A stretch of 64,000 nucleotides of DNA from Callorhinchus milii. Taxonomy: Eukaryota. The stretch is taken from contig NW_024704742.1 of the NCBI RefSeq assembly GCF_018977255.1, positions 96,412,001 through 96,476,000 of the forward strand. The letters run 5' to 3'. Positions 1-12,516 of this stretch are shown piece after piece (position 1 is the stretch's first letter; every line of letters starts with the position of its first letter). The notes beneath the pieces were generated by a model. It had not been told where the DNA came from. It did no database searches and was given only the letters and a program-made list of their open reading frames with translations. Both the position numbers and the translations under genes were made by a program.

Positions 1-494
1 GATCATAAGATGGCAGAGAACAGTGGTAAATTCTTGTTGTTTGTCTTAATTTTGAAGTCAGTTTTCCCGCAGTTCTTAAAAATAACTGGCTTTCGAACTG
101 AAACTGAAATTAAGAGTTTTACAGAAATTTGAAATTTTAAGACAAAATTATCTTAGGGGTGTAGAATTTGGGGCCTGATGTGTTAATTATCATAAACTAT
201 AATTATCACATTGTTAATCAATGCAACTGAATCAATAACTAAACATTAATCCAAGTGTGAAAATCCCACCAGCACCTCCCAAGAGGATGATTGTGGCCTG
301 AACCAACCTACAAGCCACCAAGCAGCATTAAGTGCTTTGAGACATCCTCCCTTTATGAGACATGCTATAAAAATATAAATTATATTCTGTATTATAATTG
401 TACTTTTGTCTCAAGAACCGTGGCAACTGAAATTAATAAAATACTGTCTTAACAAAATCATCAGCATTAAACTAGCACCTTTTAACAGGTCAAC

Positions 495-945
495 TTATAA
501 TAATAATAATTGCATTGATTATAATGCTTGTCACATGGTCATCATCTCAAGATATTTTAAAGCACTTCACAGAAGTTTACAGATGTGGTAGTCAGACAGT
601 TTGCGTAGAGCAATAACCCACAAACAGCCATTAAAGTGAGTGGCCAATGTTATTTGGGGTATTATTGACTGAGATATCCAGAGAAACTGCCTTCTCTTGT
701 CAAGCAGTGCCATATAGAATCTTTAATGCCCACCTGAACCGGCAAGTGGGACCTTGGTATAAAGTTTCATCTGAAGGACAGTAATAATAGTAACAATGAT
801 AATAATCCTTGCAGTAGCTCCAACAATGCACCCCTCTAACACTGGAGGTGAGTACCAACCTAGATTATGAGTTCCCAAATTCCAACATGGTGCTTGAATC
901 CACAACTCTATGACTTAGTGGTGAGAGCGCTACCAATTGAGTCAA
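495..945 (-). mobile_element. Old Deu-domain-like SINE
   Basis: TCTTTAATGCCCACCTGAAC and the same body. Related copies at ~1385-1610, 7540-7750, 11135-11225 and 30250-30435. Confidence 0.65.
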
Positions 946-3900
946 GATAACAACAATTACAGCACTACATGAGCCAAACATGCAATTGGAGGCTGCAGGT
1001 CAGCTTTGGCTCTATCCATGTCACAGATTCATGGGAGGACAAACTCGTCAGTTATCAATTCTCTTGATCAAATTTACCAACAATGAAAAAATTATCACAG
1101 GTAATACATCCACATGAGTCTAGAATTACTCTAAAAAAAATTGTTTTAAGAATTTCACAAATACAGCTTTGATACTGAAGCAGATTTTCTTTTAAGAACA
1201 ACAGAAAACCAACATCAAAGTTAAGATTAAGTTCAACGATTTGACAAATTCTAGACATTCTAAAATATTATGTTAATACTGTAAATCTAGACCCAATCTA
1301 GACTAGAGCTTAAAGAAAACAATGGAACTAATGTGAAGTAGGAAATCTACAAATAGAAGCGCTTTAATAAATACATTTTAAATAAATGATTCTTGCATTT
1401 GAAGTAGTGCCTACAACATTGAAATGTCCCAAAGCCCTTCAAAGAGCTTTTCTGTAAAGTGTAATGAATGTATAATTTGTATGCAAATATGGCAGTGAAT
1501 TTGCACTCAGCAATGTCCCACAAACAGCTAGAAAGTGAATGATCAATTTTATATGGAGGTTTTTTGGTCAGGACACTGGGAGAAAACTCCCTTCTATGAA
1601 AAGAAAAGAAACAGTGCAGCACAAAGAGGAATACATGTAATAATGTAGGAAATGTAGGAATAAACATAGGGCTACATTCATTAATTACTTTAATAAAATA
1701 ATGGAATCAATACATTTTTTGTATCTTTAATGGTTATGGTTAAATAGCCCTTCGAGAGCTGACACAATTCTCAGTCTCACAAGTATGTTTGAACTGTGGA
1801 TGTGTTTACAGCACAGTGCTTTCTTTGTTAATTGGCTAGGATCACATTTTTCAATTTAGATCTAAGCTAGAGGACTCTGTCTCAACTCGACCTTGAAAAT
1901 CTCTGGCTCACCTACCTCTGATGATCACAGTCCTGCTGCTCTGAACAAGTGGGATGAGTGTGTGCTTGAATGTTCCATGAGGCTTGGCAATTCAGATTAC
2001 AACAATTGATTGCATGCTCAAACCTATGCATTGAGAGGCAGCCAGGTCTTTATGAAGTGTAGGATTCTTATACATTGGTCCCTGTTTTAAAGCTGGTAGC
2101 GTAATGCCTGGGATCTGTTTTGGAACACAAGCATTGCACATAGACCCATTGCGAATTCCATAAGATCATAATGGGGAAGTCAAATGATGGATGTTAGGCT
2201 GAAAATTTCAAGTCCCACAATGAAAAACAATTTAAACTAAAGATAAAACAGTGGCTTTGCTATCATTTTGAATAGCTCAGTACTGTATAAAGAGCAACAC
2301 AAGCATATTGTTTCCCTCCTGGCTTGCACCTATACTTTCTGCCTCAAGTGAAATGTCCTGATATTCTCTTGTATAGTTTTGTATTGTTCAGTCACACAGA
2401 GATCTCTGCCCTGTATGCCCTTCAGCTTCCAATAATGTGTTTTATGCTGGAATGATTAGATGATTTATTTGAATGAGCTTCTTGTGATAAGATAGAAAAT
2501 GTAGTTTTCTTTACCCTACATATTCAGGATGTTGAGTGGAACATGTTTGCTGTCAAACCAAACAAGAACATTTGGACTGTAATGACATTAAGCCTAACAG
2601 ACTTGAATCTGACGTTCCTCATCAGTTTCAAAGCCACCAATTTAATGAAATGGATCTACTCTTCTTTCTGTAGAGGCTTAGTATTGAACCTCATTATTAA
2701 GATCTGATGTAGTCTGGTGGATGGAATGGCTTTTTTGTGAGGTCTGCAGAACTTCAGCCTTGGAACCAACAACCTCAGTCGCCAAAGATTCAACAACTCT
2801 CTGGTTTTTAAATGACTTAAGATCAACACAATTTGTAACCCCAAAAGTACATCAAAAGTTAACTGTAAAAGTTATGTAAAAGGTANTTTTTTTTGCGTGT
2901 CTATGAGGAGGAATGTATTCGAACAAAATGATTATACAGGGATCAATCTATCACCCTGAATCAAAATGTTACACCACAGTCTGGTTAGGCATTTTAGCTG
3001 CACCTACCTAAAATTATCAACACAGATGTTAGCTGCAAAAGAAATAAAAAGGTCACAAAAAAGTAGGAAACAAGAAAATTGACACTACATTGAATATACC
3101 TGCATTTAAATAGAAGAAGAAGATTATTATTTTAATATGAATTAGCCAGATTAAAATTAGCAGTATTTTTTATTAACTGTCGTGAGTATTTTTTGTGTGC
3201 TGAAACTGAAGTTCAATGAATGGTTACATGTTACTGAACAAAACTGAGCACTAGTATCATGTTTAACTTCATAGTGGCTATAATTGAAAGTACCTGATCT
3301 ACAAAATGCCTAAGAGTAAAACATGTGTTATTTTCTAACTTAAATTGTTTCAAAGGTGTTAAATGTATTCAGAATCTTCCCTTTCTGACACTGTCTTGAG
3401 CAACAAGAATTATTCTTTATACAGAGTATATGTGCCATTGTTCCCTGTTCAACAATAATCCTTGTAGAATTATCTGCCAGTAATCTTCTTCTATCTTTCT
3501 ATCTTCTATCTATACTAATAAATTGACACTGTCTGTCCGTGCTTCAAGAAGGATCTTAATAACCGTTTGACATAGAGACACAATTTATTCCTCATCGAAA
3601 AAGTCTTGCACCTGTGAGTGACATGGGCATGTTTGTTTGGTGTATCTCCTATCATTCATGAGTTATGATTTAAAATGTATTTCAGTTTTGTGTTTTTTGC
3701 TGCAGTTACACCTGGTGGCACTGTGCCATCCTACATCACAGAGCATACATGTAGTCAAGCGGTGGTGGGAACAAAATAAAGAACACAGACAAACTAAACC
3801 GCAGCAACAACAACAAAATTACATTTTTAAAGTGCCTTTCACGTTGGAAGGACGTCCCAGTGATTCTAAATTATACATATATATTTATCATTATAAAGAT

Positions 3901-4230
3901 GCTTAAGCAAAAATTAAACCTTTCAAGGATAAGTAAAAATGCTAGACAAAAAAGAGAAGCCTATTAAATGAAACTGAAGAACTGAAGAACAAAGAAAAGT
4001 GCGGCTTCAATGCTGAAAGAATTGCAACAGTGCGCCAAAATGAGTCCTCCCACAGGAGTCCTCCCAGATGAGTATAGATAAAGATGAAATATCTGTCTGT
4101 GTGTCATTCTACATTCCATATTGGATTCTTTGGTTGCAAGCGTAGCTTCAATGGGTACAGGTGGTCAGAATTAACTAGACACCGGAGCTCTGAACAGGTT
4201 TCTTGATTTTATTGTACAATTGGCAAGCTA

Positions 4231-4407
4231 CAGCCAACCTGTCTTCAACAACCTCTCAGGGGACCTTGCTAAAGTGGCCTTTATATAAGGACCGTCTATG
4301 AGTAAGGGTTTGTTGATGTGTGAATGCACACTGAAGGGGCTGTTCCAGGGTGGCTTTTAACAGGTGGTGGTTGCTGAACGGAGATGGTGCTTGAACAGGT
4401 TTGAGTG
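4231..4407. mobile_element. Degenerate Tigger/pogo-like MITE
   Basis: TA at 4229-4230 and 4408-4409. Left end CAGCC-AACCTGT versus reverse-complemented right end CACTCAAACCTGT. Confidence 0.6.
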
Positions 4408-5101
4408 TAATACCTAAATATGCTCGTAATATAATATACAACCAGCGATGAAGTGAATGACCAAATTTATCTGAGGGATTGTTGGCCAGAACACCGGGGA
4501 GAAACCCACTTTGTACATATCTAAGAGTGAGATTACATAGGTATCTAACAGAGGAAAGGTGGTAAGGAAATGTATATTGGTTGGGAAAAACTTCACTAAA
4601 GCAGGGAGGATATCAGACGCGGCACAAACTGATATTATATGGGGCGGGGGGGATATTTCCACACATGATTTATGATGCAATGGAATCAATGAGTCACTAA
4701 CTATGCACCTGGTAAAAAGATTCCTCTGTTATTTCACCAAGGGGATGATTGCCCTTGAAAGGAAGCAATCTTCAGCAAATGCTTTTAGAATCGATGTTAC
4801 ATAAACATTCTTCCTTTTTGTGTTTTTTTTTCCCCCTGCAAAAATATGTGTGCTGATTTGCTCAGCACTCTGAAAAATTATAAACATATGAAGAGGCTGT
4901 GATGTGCAGCTGAATAAAGAATACCTTATTTCACATTTGGGCTGCATCAGTCATATAAGAGCTAGAAAAATATTGACATTTGGGTTACAAAGACTCAACG
5001 TATGGCATAAGCTTTGACACTTAAAATGTAACAGTCATGGTTAACTCAAACACAATCTGAGGGTCACTGAGCTGTTTGTCCCCAATTGCTATTCCAACTG
5101 A

Positions 5102-5256
5102 AAACAATAACAGAATTCACTGGGAACACTCAGCGGGTCAGGTAGCATTTATGGAGAAAGGAAAGTGAGTCAAAGTTTCGGGTCCATGACCCTTCGTCAG
5201 TTCCCAGCGACTTCTGTTTTTGTTTTCAGATTTCCAGCATCTGCAGTATTGTGTGT
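5102..5256. mobile_element. Penelope-like terminal fragment with internal inversion, flanked by a 16-bp direct repeat
   Basis: TTGCTATTCCAACTGA at 5086-5101 and 5257-5272. 5109-5200 is the reverse complement of the 11005-11100 element, and 5200-5256 is its forward 3' end. Confidence 0.75.
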
Positions 5257-5344
5257 TTGCTATTCCAACTGATTTCAATTAACTAGAAATCAAACCTGTG
5301 ATTTATGTGCCATCCTTGCTCGGTTGACACATCTGAACCTTGAA

Positions 5345-5595
5345 CCCATACAGTCTAGACTGACACTCCAATGCTGGGGGTGTGATGCATTGTTGCAGGT
5401 GACAGCCTTTGGATGAGATGTTAAACTAAAGTCCCATTTCACTGTTGAGGTGGATGTTAAAGTTCCACAGCACCTTTCAAAAAGAGTTTCTCCTGATGTC
5501 CTGGCCAACGAGCTCTGAATAAAAAAAGGTCATTCACTTAATGGGCATTGCTGTGTGAAATTGCCTGTTGTGGTCATATACAAAATACACAGCCA
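5345..5595 (+). mobile_element. Old Deu-domain-like SINE (SacSINE1/AmnSINE1-like)
   Basis: GACTGACACTCCA..TTTGGATGAGATGTTAAAC..GGTGGATGTTAAAG..TGTCCTGGCCAA matches my recollection of the DeuSINE central domain. Confidence 0.65.
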
Positions 5596-5599
5596 AGTC

Positions 5600-6360
5600 C
5601 TACTTGACTGAACACCATCATTTTGTCTGCTCCAATGGCTTCTCCTCCCACTCACACCCAGTTACTTACAACATACCCCAAGGGTCTAATACTCAACCCC
5701 CTCCCGTTTCTGCAGTTGAACATGAACAAGATGGAAAACATCCTCCTTGGCTCTCACCAACATCTTCTCACTTCTGCAGCTCTGACTTTCTTAATCTTCC
5801 TGGCCTATCAATCCCCAGTGTCCTTCCTACCCAATATCCGATCTCTGACTAGCAATGCTTTCCTCCGCCTCTGCCACATCACCTGCCTCAGACAACACCC
5901 ATTACTGCTGAAACCCTCATTCATGCTTTTGTAACCTCCTTCCTCAATTTCTCCAATGCATTCCTTGCTGATGTCCCAGCTCCAACATTTACAAGGTCCA
6001 ACTAATTCAAAACTCATATCTTCACCCGAACCAAACTCCATAGTCCTGATCAGGATTCACTGGCTCCCTGCTACAGATGGATCAATTCAAGATCCTCACA
6101 CTCATCTACAACTCACTTCATGTCACCTCCCTACCTCAATAATCTGCTCACACCCACTCCTCTACCTGTTCCCTTCGCTCAGTCGGCTCAGGCCTTCTGC
6201 ACATCCCTTGACCTGTCCGCTCCACTACTTCCCTCTTCAATGGTGCCTATTCTCACCTCCCCTATCTTTCCAGTTCAGCGTCAAACTATGCCATTGTTAA
6301 GCGCTCTGAGATGCTAACCTGCATGAAGGGTGCTATATAAATGCAGCTGATTATTGTTGT
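5600..6360 (+). mobile_element. Degenerate L2 LINE 3' fragment
   Basis: SNGFSS..IPQGS and IHWLP motifs; tail GTGCTATATAAATGCAG..TTGTTG. Confidence 0.85.
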
Positions 6361-6639
6361 CATTACACTTTACAGCATATCCTATGAAGTACTTTGAGGT
6401 GTCCTCCCAATGTGAAAGGCTCTATATAAAATATAAGGGTAATTATTAATCTTCTGTTGTGTCATTTAAACGAATGTATTCTTGTGTATAAACCCAACAA
6501 TAACACAGGACTGGATAAAAAATTCTCTTATTCTCTGCCATCTTCTTGATGCAATGACACATAAAATCATGAACTGTTCTAAAACTAAAGTTGTCTTGCT
6601 CAAGGGTTTGGTGAATAAAGGTACCACCTGGGGTAACAC

Positions 6640-6950
6640 TAAACACACAGACCAGGAACTTCACAGGTTCGATTCCTAAAATCTGCTGAATTACTTGATC
6701 TCAACTGGGATAGCAATTGAGGCTAAATTGCTCAGTGTTCCTGAGCTAAAGAGAAGAAAATTGGCCAGGTTTTCTGCTTTTGATTATTGTCCAGTGACCC
6801 TGACGGAAAGTTCGTGTGTGGATGTTGAGTGAGAACAGGCTTGCTGTGATGCCTTCACAGTTGAATAACTTTCCAACTGTCTGAGGCTCATACACCTGAT
6901 AAATAGCCACCTAAGCAAGGCCTGTCAGTACCCCTAGAATCTTAGCTTAA
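6640..6950 (+). repeat. Unassigned old SINE-like interspersed repeat; further copies at ~25865-26070 (-) and ~26480-26720 (+)
   Basis: B-box-like GGTTCGATTCC, followed by blocks shared among the three loci (GATCTCA.., CTCAGT..CTG.GCTA.., GCCAG..CTGCT..TGAT..T.TCCA). Confidence 0.55.
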
Positions 6951-8839
6951 CAAGAGCCAACACTTTCAGGAAGGGAAGAATGAGGGAATTGTGATGGAGG
7001 GTATGGGTAGGGAAAAACTTATGAAAACAAAATACATTGTTAGACATTTAATGACATTCAAATATACCTTTACATTTTTAATTTGCAGAGAATCCCTTTC
7101 CCTTGGATTCATTCCCTATAGGCATGGGATGCCGTCTGCCTGTGTTTACCTTTTACTGTCACTCCAATTCGGTTCACATTAAAACAATGATGGTGGTCAT
7201 CTAGCCTCCTATCTACAGCAAAGGGAATAGAATTGTTGCAGGAAACCTTTCTGGAAACTTCACGTGAATCTCCTGCTTCACAGTGCAGGAAAAATCTGAC
7301 AGTGAGCCGTGGGAGTTTAACTTTGAACTGTGATTCATTGGAGCAAACGATTCCTCAGTGTTCACACTTAACACATTTATAGCTGTAAATGGGACTACAA
7401 CATGAAGGTTTTTTTTTGCTCAGGGAATGTAGAGATAAAATTTCAGAATTGTTTTTGATTTCTCCTTTAGAATATGTTTCTGCTATACAGTATTTACATG
7501 CGAATGATAACAATGATCCTTGCATTTGATATCTTGCCTTTGACATGGGGATGACACCCCTAATTGCTTCACAGGATTTTACCGTAAAGTGCACCTGAAC
7601 GGCTAGAGCTTGGTTTAACACCTCATCCAAAGGACAATACCTCTAACTATTCAGCACTCCACCCCTCCCTGGTGTCACCTAGCTTGTGAGATGTAGGGTC
7701 TTTCTGAATTAAAGGCGAGAGTGCCACCAACTGAGCCAGGCTGATACCTAATGATAGAACAGTCATTGGTAGTCATTCATCATAGTGAATGATGACACAG
7801 GATTGATGGAAGTCATCCCAGAAGGGAATTGTGCTTGACGAGAAATGTTAATCACTAATTTGAAACATTTATAGGCAAAGTGGAAACTTTATTGTAGACT
7901 TGACTCCATGTTGAATTATGACTGGCAAAAGCAAAACTGTGGATTAAAACAATCTGAAAGTGAAACTCAGCTGCCATCATCATGTCCCCTCGACATGAAA
8001 GGCGCTACACAAATGTAATTTGTTGTTGTTTTGCCAGGATGTAATTTGTAAATCAATTAATTTTACACATAGATTCTGCCAGTGACAACCAGTGTGTATG
8101 TGTGTGTGCGAACCAATTCTATTTATGCATAACTATCTTCTCTATAGACATGTAGCTGGATTTATGACCTGTTGGCTGATGTTTTATGGGACATATTGAG
8201 TTTCCAGGGTGCTGGGTTCAGTAGTGTAGACGGCAAAAAGAAAAAGCAGCATTATGTAAATACAAGGATTATTTATGTAGTTGTTTGCCACATTTCAGAG
8301 CTCATCCCAAATTGTTTCATGGTCATTCTTTAAAGTAAGCCTGCAAGATGTGAAATTATTACATCCATTCCATGAATGCTTTACCACTAACACTGAGAGT
8401 GAAGCTCACTGTGTACTGTTCACCAGTAAAGTGATGGCTTGGCATAGCAATGTATCATGAGAGTGCCACTGTCTATGATCAGTGACCTATCAATGACTGA
8501 ACCATCAGGGAAAGGGACAGAGGCCAACTTTTTTATTGACCACAACAGAATAAAAACATAAGACATACCATCCGGGGAATTCATCTGGTGGCTGGTAAGG
8601 GCCAAGATAGTGGAAAACAGCTGAAGGTCTTGCAAAGTCAGGTATTAATCCCCAGGTATTTCTGTGTGTGTTTAAGCCAGGAAAAGGAATTGATGTGTTT
8701 TTTTTAGAAAAAGAAAAAGACACAGAGCAAGAGCATGTTTATTATGGAGTCAGACAATCTGCAAAACATCTAAACAACATTTTGTGTAAATTCCCTGAGC
8801 TACACCAGCCCTGGCTTGTATCCAGTGCTTGCTTCTGTA

Positions 8840-9960
8840 CAAGGCTAGATTATGTCCAGGTTAGATTACACCAACTCTGCTCACTGGACTCTGCAAGCCT
8901 TTCACACCCATTCTTGTCCAGCTATACTGGCTCCCCATTCCCCAGCGGATTCATTTTATGATCCTCAGCCTCACCTTTAAATTCCTCCATGCTCTTGCCC
9001 CACCCTATCTCTGTGACCTATTCAAACCCGCCCGCTCCCTCCACACAGTGACCACTGGCCTACTTTATATCCTTTACCCCACCACCAAAGGTCTGACTTT
9101 TAGCCTATCTGCCCCCCTTCTCTGGAACTCCATTCCCAGCGACCCTTCTACTCACCCTGCTCTCGCCTCCTTCAAGATAAATCTCAAGACCTTCCTCTTT
9201 AACCAGACTTCCAGACTTGATGTGGGAAAGGACAGAAGCTGCAGAGTTCTGGATGATCTGCAGTTTGTGTAAGGGAGAGCTGGGGTGTCCAGCATGCAGA
9301 GTATTGGTCGTAGTCCAGCCTAGAAGTGATAAATGCATGGTTGAGGATCTCGGTGACCTAAGAGGAGAGGTAGTGGCAGAGGCGGACATTGTTTTCGAGG
9401 TGGGGGAAAGCTGAGCAGATCAGATCATGGATGTTTTTCCGACGTGAAGGTTCCTATCCAAGTGTAATTTGCTGTTGTTGTTGGATGTGGGATTCAAAGG
9501 ACAATTGGGAGTCAAACAAGATACAGAGGCTCCGCTTCAGCTCCACGATGTGAGGTGAGGTGTACATTCATGCAGGTTGATGCAGTCAGCACCTGAGATG
9601 AGAAGGCGCTGACAGTGGCAAAGCAAACGATCCTCTGTCTCGTCAACGTTCAACCAAAGAAAGTTTGTTCTCATCCAGGACTTGATGTCTGACAGCAATC
9701 AATCAGAACAGCAGTGGTCCTGGAGTTGAAGATGGAGGCAGAGAGATAAGATGGGTGTCATTTGCATACGTGTGGACATTGCTAAGTGGGAGCTTATAGA
9801 TAGTGATGAGGAGAGACCTGAAGGTAGAATCCTGAGGAAGGCCACATGTGACTAGAAAGGAGGAGAAGCCATTAGGAGTGCCAAAGTGGAGAAGTGGGGA
9901 CAGGTAATAGTGAAACCAGGAACTGAACCATGTAGGTAGAGCTGAGAGGTGAGGTGGCAG
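8840..9960. mobile_element. Cluster of L2 fragments (+ strand 8840-9205; - strand 9215-9960 with a nested + strand tail at ~9435-9483)
   Basis: ILSLTFKFLHALAPPYLCDL..LWNSIP on the + strand; LHKLQIIQNSAASVLS on the - strand. Confidence 0.85.
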
Positions 9961-11002
9961 AGAGTGGTCAACAGTATCAAAGGCAATCTATTACTAATGA
10001 TTCTCTCTCCATTTTCAAAGCCCACTTCAAAAGTTACCTCTTTGATCATGCTTCCAGTTTTTGCCCTCCTGATGTGACAAAACACTGTATAAGTGTAAAT
10101 TGTATTGTTCATCCAATCAGCCTTTGGACCTATTATTTAACACACATATTCACTATGTTGTGTGAAAATATTATAGGTCTGAAATACCACCAGGTCTGAG
10201 CCTATATATTAAATCATATATTTTAAGGGCACATGTAGTTGTGGAAAATTCTTAAATTCAGTCATAATTTTTAAAGTGTTTATTTTTAAGATATTTTAAG
10301 ATCTGCCTTCCAAAGACATCCCTCTGATGTGCAAGATGCTGTATCAAATGTTGGAATTATTATTAAGCCCTGGCCCAATTCCCCTTCTAAGTCTCTTCTC
10401 TTTTCAGCTCTCCAAGTCACTACACTGCATGAAGGTTTTTTTCAGGACACAAAGCTCTATGTTTCAGAATTACCCTTGTCGTCTTTCTCTAAACCCTCTC
10501 TGACACATCTGATACATCTTCAAATAGAGTAAAGGTGCTGATCCATAGTGGCTGCAGATAGCTAGACAACAGTCAATTGAAAGAGTTTAAACTATGCGAT
10601 GTAAAGTAGAATCTCTGTTTGAAGATTGCAGCTTAAACTCTTGAAATGTTTTGTATTTGAAAACAATGCAGAGGATTCACAGATCATTGCTATTATGAAT
10701 GTTGCCATTTTCCCCATTTGTTTACATCAATATACACAAACATTCTTCAAGCTAGTGAAAAGTGATAATCGGCACATTATCCAATTATCTGTTTAGTCCA
10801 TCAACAGGAACCCAATGTCAATATTTCTTAATGATTGCTCAACAATTAGCTTTGTAAAAAATAACTATACCAGAGCTCATAGGACCGCAGGCATTGATTC
10901 ATGGAGAGTGCTTGCCTCCCGTAAGTTTTCATAGTAGTTGTGAACAAGGCATCAAAGATATTAACGTTTGTCCTTATAATCTGCTCCCTTCCATCATCCC
11001 CC

Positions 11003-11039
11003 AGTTCTGACGAGAGGTCATCAACCTGAAACGTTAACT
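11003..11039 (+). ncRNA. Minimal type I hammerhead ribozyme motif
   Basis: AGUU-CUGACGA-G-AGGU(CAUCA)ACCU-GAA-ACGU-U-AACU: intact core, helix I AGUU/AACU, 4-bp helix II and palindromic ACGU helix III. Confidence 0.65.
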
Positions 11040-11135
11040 CACTTTCGTCTCTCCATAGATGCTGCTTGACTTGCTTCATGTTCCCAGCAACTTCTGTTTT
11101 TATTTCAGATTTCCAGCATCAGCAGTATTTTATTT
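11003..11135 (+). mobile_element. Penelope-like terminal repeat fragment
   Basis: CTGACGA..CCTGAAACGTTAACTC..CTCCATAGATGCTGC..TTCAGATTTCCAGCATC; homologous to 5102-5256. Confidence 0.7.
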
Positions 11136-11984
11136 AAGGGATTGTTGGCCGGGACACTGGAAAAAAATGTCTTCTCTTTTCAAACAGTCATATGGAATCT
11201 TTAATGTCCACCTGAACAGGCATTTACCTTTATAGGCATACAGAATAATGCAAAGTACAGTTCCCTATACTGAAAGAAAGTTAACAAGTGTTAAGTACCG
11301 TATGTGGTAGTACCTACACACCCACAGTTACCACAGAATATTACAGCACAGGAACAGGTCATTGGGCCCAACTAGTTTAGATATTTATATGTTTATACTC
11401 CAGATGAGCTCCACCTTTTCTAATCCCCTCTCCCATTCCGCACTATTCCCTTTTCCCTCATGTATTTATCTCCTTTTCAAACATCCCAATTGATTCTTTC
11501 TCTGAGGCCTTCTGTGTTGGTGCATTCCACATTTTCAGTTTACTCCAATAGCCATACTAGTATTCTACACCAGTTGGTGATTAATGTGCAATTTCCCCCT
11601 TTTTGTATAAATCAAGAATTGATAGCGCTGTCAAATTCAGATCCAATCCAAATCATAAGTAGAATGCTCACACTGTGACTTTTACTGACAGACATTGTCT
11701 ATTGCTCAGTTCTCACTCACTCCATCCCACTACTGGTAGTTGAGCCTTGAGCCACAACGTTACTCCCCACTGGAGCTCTCTTTCAAAATCTCTTTGCCTC
11801 ACTCTCTTTTTCCCTTCCTTCAAAACTCTATTTGAAATACTGTATATATTTTTGATCATGCTTTTGGTCAACATCTATCTCTGACTTCTCCCTCTCTATT
11901 CTAATGGTTAAGCATTTTGAGAAATTCATTCAATGTAAAGGGTGCTATATAAGTGCACTTATACTTATCTCTCAATTACGGAAA

Positions 11985-12516
11985 CCCCTCCTCATCGGTC
12001 TTCCCAACTCTTCCCTTCACAAGCTGCAGATCATCCAAAACTCTGCAGCTTGTGTACTCTCATCTACCAGGCTCCGTGACCCCATCACTCCCACCCGAGT
12101 CCACTAGCTCCCCATCCCTCAGATGATCGGGTTCAAGATCCTCATCCTCACTTTCAAGGCCATCCATGGCCTTGCCCTCTCCTACCTCTCTGAACTGCTG
12201 ACTCCCTACCAACCTGCCCGCTCCTTCCGTTCAGCAGGAGCTCTGCTCCATGTCTCCCGCCCGACCCTCCATACCATCGGTGGCCGGGTTTTCAGCCTCT
12301 CTGCCCCCGCACTCTGGAACTCCATCCCATGGTCCCTTTGTTTTGCTTCCTCCCTTGCTTCCTTCAAGGCTGGTCTCAAGACCCTTCTCTTCAATCGTGC
12401 CTTCCCTCACCCCTACCCTCCCCCATGCTCGGGCCCTGGCACCTGACTGTTCAGCGATTTGGGACGTCCTCCTGATGTGAAAGGCGCTCTATAAATGTAA
12501 TTTTGTTGTTGTTGTT
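11985..12516 (+). mobile_element. L2 LINE 3' end
   Basis: Same ORF2 C-terminus and tail as 63033-63555. Confidence 0.93.

Noticed and set aside
3008..3032. Possible 25-nt minus-strand micro-exon (strong pyrimidine tract + CAG, then AG|GTAGGT)
   Set aside because: No recognisable peptide or partner exons; cannot be supported without RNA-seq.
8840..9960. Single L2 with an internal inversion (twin priming)
   Set aside because: The + and - fragments overlap in consensus position (both contain the RLDY region), so they are more likely independent insertions.
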